DNA from: Pyrodictium delaneyi
GTDB lineage: Archaea; Thermoproteota; Thermoprotei_A; Sulfolobales; Pyrodictiaceae
Length of the DNA: 32,000 nucleotides
Direction: 5' to 3'
Assembly: GCF_001412615.1 (NCBI RefSeq)
Contig: NZ_CP013011.1
Coordinates: 60,001 to 92,000, forward strand
The translations under genes were made by a program, and so were the position numbers. Numbering within the stretch: position 1 is the first letter of the stretch; each line of letters begins with the position of its first letter. This document shows positions 12,588-20,563 of the stretch, in pieces. The notes beneath the pieces were generated by a model that was not told the origin of the DNA, did no database searches, and saw nothing but the letters and a program-made list of their open reading frames with translations.

Positions 12588-15021
12588 CCTGATTGCCCTC
12601 GCTGTGCTACTGCCCCTAGCGAGCTCGCAGACCACGATGCTCCAGAACGTCTACTACCTGGACGTAGTCCAGGGACATTGGTACGCAGTATACACCGGCG
12701 GCACTCCATACAGAGTCTTCTACGTGGACGGCAGCGGGCAGACAGTCTATGTGACGTCGTACTGGTGGGACGCGAACCAGAGCTACATCATATTCCAGGC
12801 ACCCATCACCGGTAAGGTGTATCTGCGCGAGGAGCCGAGCCTCACACTATCAACACTCAGCACCACGGGATGGTGGAACTCCATCTCTGCGAGCGTGACA
12901 ATCACGACTAATAGCACGTTTCCGAACGGAACATACACAATGACGTTTAATCCGGCAAGCATAACGTATGATGGGAAGCAGCTAAAGATTGGATACGCGG
13001 CGAGCATCACGAAGGGATGGTATGGCCGGCTCGATGTCAACACTAAGTATTTCTTCGACTTCCAGTCATCAATAACGATAGACGATAGCAGCCTGAGCGT
13101 GTATGCGCGCTACGTGACAAGCTACTACTGCTATCCGTCACCGACGTACTGTTGGGAGCAGCGGCCTGTCTACAGCTCGCCAATCAATGGCGTGGCCGTG
13201 AACAGACCCGACCCGACGCAGTGTAACGTAGTTGCAAAATATTCGTATGTCCATGGACTACTGACTGTCACTGCAACAATCACGAACTATGGTGGAAGTT
13301 GTGAAACAGGTCAGAACGAGTACATATTGACACTATATACAACTAAGACAGTTGTTGTGAACGACTCGTTTACAGCGGACAATGGAAACACAGTTCATAT
13401 TGTTGACAGTCTCACTTACGCGGACATAGTTGCAACCAGTAGTAGCGCGACGTACTATCTCCAGAGCAGCCAGTGGAGCATAACGTTCCCTAACAGCACA
13501 GACATTGATAAGCCGCTCGTGCTTCTGCTACCAAGCAACATAAGCATGAGCAACCCGGCGGCCTACATCAAGAGTCCGCTAACGGCGTGGGCTGGCGTCG
13601 TGGCTAGGAGCGCTGGCAACTACACGCTGCTGGTCTTCAGCCCACCGGCCATGTACAACACTAGCAGCGTCAGCCTAGACCTGGTGGCAAACTATCCCTA
13701 CCGCTACGCGATACCACCAATCAACGTGAGATATGCAACCAGATTGGACATAGGCAGCATCCTGCCGGTATCGGGGAGCTTCAGCGTTGTGAACGGAGTA
13801 GCTGTGATAGACGGCAACATAAGCCTCGGGCAGCTCATAGGCTCAACGCTGCTGCTCCGCGGCGACCTAAGCAACGCCACCATCACAGGCGCAGAGGCCG
13901 GCAACATCACCATAGACGGCACCACGTGGCTAGCGCTCTACGTCTACGACACTAACGCCATGATAAGCGGGCATGCGGAGATAGCCGAGCTCATAGTCCT
14001 CGAGAACACCAGGACTATGATGGACTACACTGCCAGCATGACGGCGGGCTGGGACATTAGACCGTATGAAGTAGTCTCGGTAGAGGCTATCAGCTCGGCG
14101 AGCGTCTCCGGGAGCTGGGCTTATAGGATACCGGTCTACATCACGCTGTCGTATCTCCCGCAGAGCCTCACGGATACTGGCTACTTGTTCAGGCTGGAGC
14201 TGCCCATCGGCGACTGGATTAGAGCGGGGCTGCTATCACCTGCGCTCGAGGACTTGCTCATAGTGGACAGCTCGATGCAGCCGCTGCCATTCGCCATCAT
14301 AAAGAACGACGGTGAGAAGGCCGTGGTATACGTGCGCTACACCAGGCCGCTGCTCAGCCAGTCCATCGTGATATACATCCTGCTGAAGAACGAGCAGCTC
14401 TGGGGCACCGGGAACAGCTTCGCCAGCCTCGTAGCCACGTTCGACCGTATCAATCCCGCCGAGGGAGTGGACGACCTGGGGTGGAGCTACGGCTACAGCT
14501 ACATGGTCTACAACGCCTGGCTGTTCATAGGCAACGCTACCATTGCAGCCGGGCCTACCACATTCGACTTCGTGGCCTGGGAGCCGTCCAGCGGGCTCAT
14601 CTACGAGCAGCACGGCAGCCTGGTTACACAAAACATCTCAGTGACCCCCGCGAGCGGCGACGAGGTGCTGGTGCTCTTCAGCAACAATTATCAAGATGCT
14701 CTCGTGTATGTCGATGGCAAACCATGGTATAGTATACCACTGGCAAGCTTCAACATGACATCGCCGGCGTACTACGTCAAGTGGAAGAGCGCCGGAGCCG
14801 TCTACGCTGGCAAGATGATACCATACTCGTACGCAATCGGGCAGATTGTAGGCTCGCTGGAGCAGCCAGCGAAGGTGGAGATACAGCAGCCGGTGCCGCA
14901 GCAGCCGCAGCAGAGCGCGAGCATGTGGGACTTGCTCGCCGCGATGGCACCGCTGTTCCTGCTAGCCATCATAGTGAGGCTGATGCAGAACCCGCCAGCG
15001 CCAGCCCCCTACCCCAGATAG
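12565..15021 (+). CDS. large secreted, C-terminally anchored glycoprotein (candidate spike, fibre or receptor-binding protein)
   Basis: ATG at 12565 preceded by GGTGAGG (the track starts at TTG 12553). Signal MRSLAVASLIALAVLLPLASS followed by QTT. At least 13 N-x-S/T sequons (NQS, NST, NGT, NDS, NIS, NYT, NTS, NAT, NIT, NMT...). A Q/P-rich stalk precedes the TM segment LLAAMAPLFLLAIIV near the C-terminus. Confidence 0.75.
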   Translation: MRSLAVASLIALAVLLPLASSQTTMLQNVYYLDVVQGHWYAVYTGGTPYRVFYVDGSGQTVYVTSYWWDANQSYIIFQAPITGKVYLREEPSLTLSTLSTTGWWNSISASVTITTNSTFPNGTYTMTFNPASITYDGKQLKIGYAASITKGWYGRLDVNTKYFFDFQSSITIDDSSLSVYARYVTSYYCYPSPTYCWEQRPVYSSPINGVAVNRPDPTQCNVVAKYSYVHGLLTVTATITNYGGSCETGQNEYILTLYTTKTVVVNDSFTADNGNTVHIVDSLTYADIVATSSSATYYLQSSQWSITFPNSTDIDKPLVLLLPSNISMSNPAAYIKSPLTAWAGVVARSAGNYTLLVFSPPAMYNTSSVSLDLVANYPYRYAIPPINVRYATRLDIGSILPVSGSFSVVNGVAVIDGNISLGQLIGSTLLLRGDLSNATITGAEAGNITIDGTTWLALYVYDTNAMISGHAEIAELIVLENTRTMMDYTASMTAGWDIRPYEVVSVEAISSASVSGSWAYRIPVYITLSYLPQSLTDTGYLFRLELPIGDWIRAGLLSPALEDLLIVDSSMQPLPFAIIKNDGEKAVVYVRYTRPLLSQSIVIYILLKNEQLWGTGNSFASLVATFDRINPAEGVDDLGWSYGYSYMVYNAWLFIGNATIAAGPTTFDFVAWEPSSGLIYEQHGSLVTQNISVTPASGDEVLVLFSNNYQDALVYVDGKPWYSIPLASFNMTSPAYYVKWKSAGAVYAGKMIPYSYAIGQIVGSLEQPAKVEIQQPVPQQPQQSASMWDLLAAMAPLFLLAIIVRLMQNPPAPAPYPR

Positions 15022-15069
15022 CGCTTTTTGCACTATCCGCTGCTCTCTACACTAGAGGGTGCACCAGAT

Positions 15070-15357
15070 ATGGCAAGGAATGTCTATCTGGGGCGCGACT
15101 GCCTAAGCCCGCCATGCGTAGATGACCGTGGCCGGAGAGGCCTAGACCGCATCTCGGAAGTCAAGGACATAGCCGACCGCATCATAGAGGACTGTGAGGC
15201 TGGACGCATATCCTATAGAACAGCAATGGCAAGGATGAATCTCCTAGAGCTCGTGGTCAGCAGGGACAGCAGCTTCTCGGTGGAGCAGCGGCTGAAGGCC
15301 CGCCGGCTCATAGACCGCAAGAGAGAGGAGCTCATGGAGAAGTGTGGCGGTGAGTAA
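15070..15357 (+). CDS. hypothetical helical protein (95 aa)
   Basis: Internal ATG of ORF 15028..15357 preceded by GAGGGTG. Sequence: MARNVYLGRDCLSPPCVDDRGRRGLDRISEVKDIADRIIEDCEAG... Confidence 0.45.
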   Translation: MARNVYLGRDCLSPPCVDDRGRRGLDRISEVKDIADRIIEDCEAGRISYRTAMARMNLLELVVSRDSSFSVEQRLKARRLIDRKREELMEKCGGE

Positions 15358-15360
15358 GCC

Positions 15361-16032
15361 GTGCTGGAGAGCCTGGTGGCCGGCACCCTCGCTTACCTCT
15401 TTTTGCGTAGGGACGTTCCCTCTACGCTCATTCCGTATCTTGCTTCCTTCGCAGCATTCCTGGATCAAGTCACTACAGTAGCAGCTATCAGTCTAGGCGC
15501 CCACGAGACTAATCCGTTCGTGCGCCTGTTCCTCGCGAGCCCCACACTCTTCTTCGCACTCTCGGCAGCCAAGATTCTGGTAGCGTGGCACATAGCCAGG
15601 CGGAGCCCAAGACTCGGGCTCTGGCTAGCTCTAGTCTTCCTAGCAGCCGCAGCGATAAACGCCCACAACGCCTACGCGCTCTACAACAATACCTCAACCA
15701 TAGAGCTTGGCGGCCACACGCTCCAGGTCTACATAGCTGACACAGAAAGGGAGAGGGAGTGCGGCTACTACTGCTACGACCACCCGGCGATAGCCTTCAT
15801 CTGGCCAGGGGGGACACCGCCGGAAGTAACCTTCACCATGGAAGGCCTGGACTACCCGCTGCTCCTAGTCCACGTCAGGGACTGCACAGTCATAGACGTG
15901 CTGGAGATGCAGCCCGGCGAGAAGTATAGAATAGATAATGTAGGGCCACAAGACTGGTTCATCGAGGTAAAGAACGCGAGCCTAGAGATAGAGCCTGGCG
16001 AAAATGTTTGGGGGCTAGTCTGCGAGGGCTAG
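15361..16032 (+). CDS. membrane domain (HETNPF motif) fused to a DUF192-like beta domain
   Basis: Four hydrophobic helices are followed by LQVYIADTERERECG...IAFIWPG...FTMEGLDYPLLLVHV...VIDVLEMQPG...WFIEVKNASLEIEPGENV. This matches my memory of the DUF192/COG1430 pattern. Confidence 0.45.
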   Translation: MLESLVAGTLAYLFLRRDVPSTLIPYLASFAAFLDQVTTVAAISLGAHETNPFVRLFLASPTLFFALSAAKILVAWHIARRSPRLGLWLALVFLAAAAINAHNAYALYNNTSTIELGGHTLQVYIADTERERECGYYCYDHPAIAFIWPGGTPPEVTFTMEGLDYPLLLVHVRDCTVIDVLEMQPGEKYRIDNVGPQDWFIEVKNASLEIEPGENVWGLVCEG

Positions 16033-16911
16033 GACTACGGCCCGGCGCGGCGGCTTCCTCTGCAACTCCCGAAACTTTTCGGGCCTCTCTAGCCCCTCTT
16101 CCAGCATCTTAAGGAGCTCGGGATAGCTCGCGTCTGCAAGCTGCCTGAGATTCTCGTAGGCCAGGTCGCCCACTTTGAGGCTCCCTAGCCTAGAGTGGTA
16201 GAACTCGCACACGTCACGGCCAAGTACACGGCGGCATACCTGGCGGTGCAGCTTTCTCAGCTTGGACGCCTCGAAGCCGAAGTCCCTGGTGAGCCGCCTC
16301 GTAAAGGTCTTGTAGCCTATGACCGTGCCCGCGTGCTCCTCTATAGCCTCTAAGAGTCTGGCCGGGAAGTAGATGTAGTCGCAGCGCTTCTTGCCACGCT
16401 TCCAGAAGAGCCCATATCTCGCCACGCCGTCGGGGAGAATCTCTAGTCTAGAGGGATCGTACTCGGCTATCATCCGGAGCACCTCGTCTATCCTGGCGCC
16501 GCTATAGTATAGTATGTAGAGTGATAGCCGCCATTCGGGCCTAACATGCTCTGCCACGTCCCTCAGGGCCGAGACTAGCTCTGCCCAGTCTATCTCCACG
16601 CGCTCCGACACCTTGCTCTCCGTCTTGCGCTTCAGCAGTGAGAGATAACGCTCCTTGGCGTCCTTGCTCAGTCTCCCAGTCTCGAAGAGAAACTGCACCA
16701 GCTTCCTGGCGGCCTTGTAGGCCTTGTCGTTGCCGAGGGCCTCTAGGGCCTTCTCCTCGTCCAGGTAGTCCAGCTTCTCCAGCGCCGAGACGTAGTCGTT
16801 CGCGGTGCGCTCCTCTATACGCTCCTTCTCTATGAGCCACCGCCTAAAGGACTGGAGCAGGCCCGAGTGCAGCGATATAACAGGCAGGCCCGATGACCCC
16901 GGCTCGACCAT
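16015..16911 (-). CDS. Integrase catalytic fragment Int(C), SSV-type tyrosine recombinase
   Basis: 298 aa with YSGARIDEV (catalytic Arg region), KLHRQVCRR (H-x-x-R) and a C-terminal Tyr region (GDLAYENL). The frame stays open upstream to the att core at 16944 (QVLDLLYRARR precedes the Met). Confidence 0.8.
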   Translation of the reverse strand: MVEPGSSGLPVISLHSGLLQSFRRWLIEKERIEERTANDYVSALEKLDYLDEEKALEALGNDKAYKAARKLVQFLFETGRLSKDAKERYLSLLKRKTESKVSERVEIDWAELVSALRDVAEHVRPEWRLSLYILYYSGARIDEVLRMIAEYDPSRLEILPDGVARYGLFWKRGKKRCDYIYFPARLLEAIEEHAGTVIGYKTFTRRLTRDFGFEASKLRKLHRQVCRRVLGRDVCEFYHSRLGSLKVGDLAYENLRQLADASYPELLKMLEEGLERPEKFRELQRKPPRRAVVLALAD

Positions 16912-16944
16912 GCGCCTTGCGCGATATAACAGGTCAAGAACTTG

Positions 16945-16989
16945 CTCCGCCTTACCAGGGCGGCGCTCTGCCGGCTGAGCTACGGCGGC
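16945..16989. repeat. attR core (orphan 5' half of tRNA-Thr)
   Basis: Exact 45-bp copy of 2706-2750. No T arm or 3' acceptor strand follows it. Confidence 0.95.
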
Positions 16990-17132
16990 ACGCTCCAGTG
17001 GTATCGGCTCTATCTACAGCCCCAGGTAAATCCCTTACGGCCCTATTACCGTGATATGGTTTCGCCTAGGCTGCAGTAGCAGTATTATTCTGGCAGCATC
17101 TCTGTACGCCTCCCCTGGGGTGGCTACACAGA

Positions 17133-18134
17133 ATGAGCTACACGCTGCCAAAGGCACTCGTTACAACAGTTGTCGGTAGCTACCCAAAGCTGCCGGAGGC
17201 CGAGCAAGCTATCCAGAAGAGAAAGCGTGGGCTAATAAGTGAGGAGGAGTTCCACGAGCTGGTCAAGCCGGCTATAAAGGCCGTCGTTATGGACCATATA
17301 GAGGCTGGTGTTGATGTAATAAGTGATGGTGAGCAAGCGCGCGAAGACATGGTAGTGTACTTTGCCGAGAGGCTAGGCGGCTATCAGAGTGGCGACTGGG
17401 TCCGCATCTTTGACAACGTATACTTCCGTAAGCCGGTGGTAGCCTCTAGGCTCAGCTACATAGCCCCCATGGCTGTGACAGACTGGGAGTATGCCCGGAG
17501 CGTAGCCCAGGGTAGACCAGTCAAGGCCATAATAACTGGGCCTTACACTATGGTTGACTGGAGCTTCGACCTAGCCTACGGAGACCGTCGAGAACTAGTA
17601 CTCGAGATGGCTCGCGTACTGCGTCACGAGATAGAAGAGTTTGCACGCAGGGGTGCCGAGTTCATACAAGTAGACGAGCCAGCGCTGTCTACAAGGCCGT
17701 ATAAGGAGGAGGCTGAACTCCTACGTGAAGCCCTAGAAATAATGTTCAAAGGGATAAGTGCCAAGAAGATTATACACATATGTTTTGGTAGGATAGAAAA
17801 GATACTGCCTTACGCACTAGAGTTCCCAGTAGACCAGATAGATCTAGAGTTCAAGAACAGTAACTTCCGCCTCCTGCCATACCTCAAAGAGTATGGGTTC
17901 GACAAGGAGCTAGGATACGGCGTAATAGACGTGCATAGTACACGTATCGAGAGCGTCGAGGAGATAAAGAACGACATCTACAAGCTCATAAAGATGGATA
18001 TAATACCACCAGAGAAGATATACATCGACCCAGACTGTGGCGTCAAACGACTCCCAAGAGAGATTGCCAAGGCGAAGCTACGCAATATGGTTAAGGCAGC
18101 GCGTGAGGTGCGTCGCGAGCTAGGCTACGAGTAG
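17133..18134 (+). CDS. metE: cobalamin-independent methionine synthase (MetE catalytic-domain type)
   Basis: 333 aa with VVGSYPK, DGE, VDEPAL, HICFG and DPDCG motifs characteristic of COG0620 enzymes. Confidence 0.75.
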   Translation: MSYTLPKALVTTVVGSYPKLPEAEQAIQKRKRGLISEEEFHELVKPAIKAVVMDHIEAGVDVISDGEQAREDMVVYFAERLGGYQSGDWVRIFDNVYFRKPVVASRLSYIAPMAVTDWEYARSVAQGRPVKAIITGPYTMVDWSFDLAYGDRRELVLEMARVLRHEIEEFARRGAEFIQVDEPALSTRPYKEEAELLREALEIMFKGISAKKIIHICFGRIEKILPYALEFPVDQIDLEFKNSNFRLLPYLKEYGFDKELGYGVIDVHSTRIESVEEIKNDIYKLIKMDIIPPEKIYIDPDCGVKRLPREIAKAKLRNMVKAAREVRRELGYE

Positions 18135-18351
18135 CCTTCTAATGAACTTAGCACTGGCGCATGGCTCCATCCACTAGTGGTGAATAGCCACAATTTCGTT
18201 GTTTTAACCCTTCTTTACTCTTTATGATTAAAGTTATGTATTTCGTATTGTGTAGTGTGTAGTACTCTAGACCTCTAACTGCTCTTACTAGCAGCCACAA
18301 TCGCGATGTGATGATTAGATATAGGAAGAGGAAGTATGAGGGCAGCCATCT

Positions 18352-19578
18352 ATGGCGTCCGGCAAGCTACCTTACCCAACTAGAAGGATAAAGGAAGGAA
18401 AGGCTGAGATAATCGTTCCAGACCCTGACGCCTATCGCCGTAAAGACGGAGTATATGAGCCAGCGTGGGCGCCGGTATTTTACAATCCCAAAATGCGATT
18501 CAATCGAGATATAGCGATACTAGTTGCTAATGCCTATCGGGAGATGATAGGTCAAGAAAGACTTGTGGTTGCCGAGCCGTTGACAGGTAGCGGTGTCCGA
18601 GCTATACGTTATGCGCTAGAAGCTGATGCGCAAGTATACGCTGCTGATATAGATCCAGATGCTGTATATTTAGCTAGGCTTAATGTGGAGGCAAATGGTG
18701 TGCAAGAGCGCGTAACCGTCGAGCGTGCTGACGCAAATGAATACCTAGCTAAGCTGAGAAGAGAAGGAGTAAGACTCTCCATAATAGACATAGACCCGTT
18801 TGGAAGCCCAGCACCTTTTCTTGACACAGCAATACAGTCCATCAGCGTACGTGGTATAATAGCAGCTACGGCCACGGACACAGCTCCACTCTCGGGCACT
18901 CATCCACGTGCCCTACGCCGGAGATACGATGTACAGCCAGCTCGTACTGCCTGGGAGAAGGAGCAAGCAGTAAGGCTGCTCGCTGGCTACATAATAAGAA
19001 GAGCAGCAAGCCACGAATATGGAGTTCGCATACTTCTTGCATATTATGCAGACTATTATGTAAGAGTCTATGCTGAGCTCTGGCGAGGCGCGTCAAGAGC
19101 TGATGATAGTCTTTCTAAGCTGGGCTATGGAGTATACTGTCCATATTGTGGCTATACAGGCTATACCGATAATCCTCGTACACGGTGTCCTTACTGTGGT
19201 GGAACTGTGCAGATAGTAGGTCCGCTCTATACTGGTCCTTTATGCAACCAAGAGTTCATGGAGATGCTACGTTCAACCCTAGATAAGAGGGTCGGCTCAC
19301 TAGCAGAACCTAAGCGTGCAGTTAAGCTATTCGAGCAACTCAGCCTTGAGTGTACGATAACAAAGCCATACTATAGACTAGATAAGCTTTGCAGTATCCT
19401 ACATATGAACATGCCGAAGCCGGACAGCATGGTAGAAGCGCTTAGACGCAAGGGCTACAAGGCTGCCCGGACCCACTTTGATCCACGAGGATTTAGAACT
19501 AATGCACCTCATACAGAAGTACTAAATACTCTTATAGAGATGCAAGCGCGTATAGCTAGAGAGGATGATGACAACTAG
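18352..19578 (+). CDS. trm1: tRNA (guanine26-N2)-dimethyltransferase Trm1
   Basis: FYNPKMRFNRDI hallmark, SAM-binding region, and the Zn-finger CPYCG...CPYCGG. Confidence 0.85.
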   Translation: MASGKLPYPTRRIKEGKAEIIVPDPDAYRRKDGVYEPAWAPVFYNPKMRFNRDIAILVANAYREMIGQERLVVAEPLTGSGVRAIRYALEADAQVYAADIDPDAVYLARLNVEANGVQERVTVERADANEYLAKLRREGVRLSIIDIDPFGSPAPFLDTAIQSISVRGIIAATATDTAPLSGTHPRALRRRYDVQPARTAWEKEQAVRLLAGYIIRRAASHEYGVRILLAYYADYYVRVYAELWRGASRADDSLSKLGYGVYCPYCGYTGYTDNPRTRCPYCGGTVQIVGPLYTGPLCNQEFMEMLRSTLDKRVGSLAEPKRAVKLFEQLSLECTITKPYYRLDKLCSILHMNMPKPDSMVEALRRKGYKAARTHFDPRGFRTNAPHTEVLNTLIEMQARIAREDDDN

Positions 19579-19633
19579 GAACGGCTATATTTTATTGCGG
19601 TTTGTGTAGGACTGTTATATGATGATGTTAATA

Positions 19634-20167
19634 CTACATAGACATTGCTTGTTTTAGTCGTGCTATTTTGGCTGTTAGCCAGTTTGACAGTAGAGGGCAT
19701 GTTGTCGGGTCAAAGAAGCCACCATTATGGCATCGCTCAAGATTCTTGCAACTAAAGCAGGGCACTTCTATGATACTGCCTATTCTTATTTCAATCTTTA
19801 TGGCTTGCTTTGCATGTTTAGCTATAAAGAGCTTATAGGTCCTTCTGCCTTTATGTACTGTCGGCTCACGTGTGATAAGGCCCTTCTTGAGTAGACGGAG
19901 GGCTAGCCTAGAACCTTCTCTGCTATCTAGACCTAGAGTTTTCCATAGCTCGTGCTGGTATATGCCCTCATCGCCATGAGCCTTGATTATCTCAAGTGCC
20001 TTGGCTTCGAGGTCTTCAAGACTTTTCCTCTCGCCAACGGAGGGCTCTATAGCAGCTGCCAAGGCTCCTAGATCCCCCACCCGTAATCGGATTCTACATT
20101 TGTAATCGTTAGTATCTCCCGGGGTAGCCGGGGTGACACCATGAATCCTAACTATGTCTGCTCTCAC
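19634..20167 (-). CDS. wHTH protein with a C-terminal four-Cys cluster (TFE-beta/RPC34-like)
   Basis: The wHTH region is IYQHELWKTLGLDSREGSRLALRLLKKGLITREPTVHKGRRTYKL. It is followed by CFSCKNLERC...TTC, four Cys as in crenarchaeal TFE-beta FeS domains. Confidence 0.45.
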   Translation of the reverse strand: MRADIVRIHGVTPATPGDTNDYKCRIRLRVGDLGALAAAIEPSVGERKSLEDLEAKALEIIKAHGDEGIYQHELWKTLGLDSREGSRLALRLLKKGLITREPTVHKGRRTYKLFIAKHAKQAIKIEIRIGSIIEVPCFSCKNLERCHNGGFFDPTTCPLLSNWLTAKIARLKQAMSM

Positions 20168-20563
20168 CCTATAACCTTATCCCAATCTGGGTCTACGGCC
20201 TTATCCATACCTCTCTCATTAACGCCATTATGAGGCCGGTTCTACAAAAATGCATCTACACCTATTATGGGGCTAAATAGTGTCAAATACAAAATAGAGG
20301 CAGGCTAAGACCCGTGGATATGCAGATTCTCCTTCAATGTCGCCAGTATAGGTAGTGTGGACGCTGCCACCGGGATGGGATAGAGTAGGGTTTAGCACCA
20401 GGTCTGTCTATATGCTATCTGCTTCCTATTAGACGGGAGAGAGTAGAACGGAATCGCATAGAGTTAACGACAAAATCTAGTTAGTGTATTTAATCAATTT
20501 AATTAAAGGTTGGATCGTGTGCTGCATAGTCATGAGTGTCGTATTAGTAGAGAGGGGGTTAAC

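Larger units (their letters stand above)
2706..16989. mobile_element. Integrated provirus-like element with an SSV-type split integrase; predicted circular form 14,239 bp
   Basis: Bounded by a perfect 45-bp direct repeat. The integrase halves sit at the two ends and rejoin in frame. The interior has compact operons of regulators, an ATPase and membrane or secreted proteins. Housekeeping genes lie immediately outside. The interior is visibly higher in GC than the flanks. Confidence 0.9.

Noticed and set aside
12270-12635. 121-aa minus-strand ORF across the fourth small-protein unit and the glycoprotein start.
   Set aside because: It is antisense to sequences with clear protein-like features. 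Its composition is Ala/Ser/Thr/Met-rich without structure, and there is no SD box.
2978-14144. TACATCA(C) half-site of the 19-bp palindrome recurring at 2978-2985 and 3668-3674 in other promoter regions, suggesting a regulon.
   Set aside because: The same 8- and 9-mers also occur inside the glycoprotein gene (12783-12790, 13563-13570, 14136-14144) simply as Tyr-Ile codons (TAC ATC). The recurrence is therefore not clearly above background without a proper statistical test.
2706-16989. Equating the element with Aeropyrum pernix ovoid virus 1, which as I recall has a genome of about 13.8 kb linked to other viruses only by integrase and a DnaA-like protein.
   Set aside because: The predicted circle here is 14,239 bp, and I cannot compare sequences from memory. 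Only a similarity search could support or exclude a relationship.
18308-18314. GTGATGA (C-box-like) upstream of trm1, suggesting a C/D box sRNA. A 9-bp direct repeat agccacaat lies at about 18186 and 18293.
   Set aside because: No CUGA D box or C'/D' boxes occur at the right spacing before the trm1 coding sequence. An isolated heptamer is likely chance.
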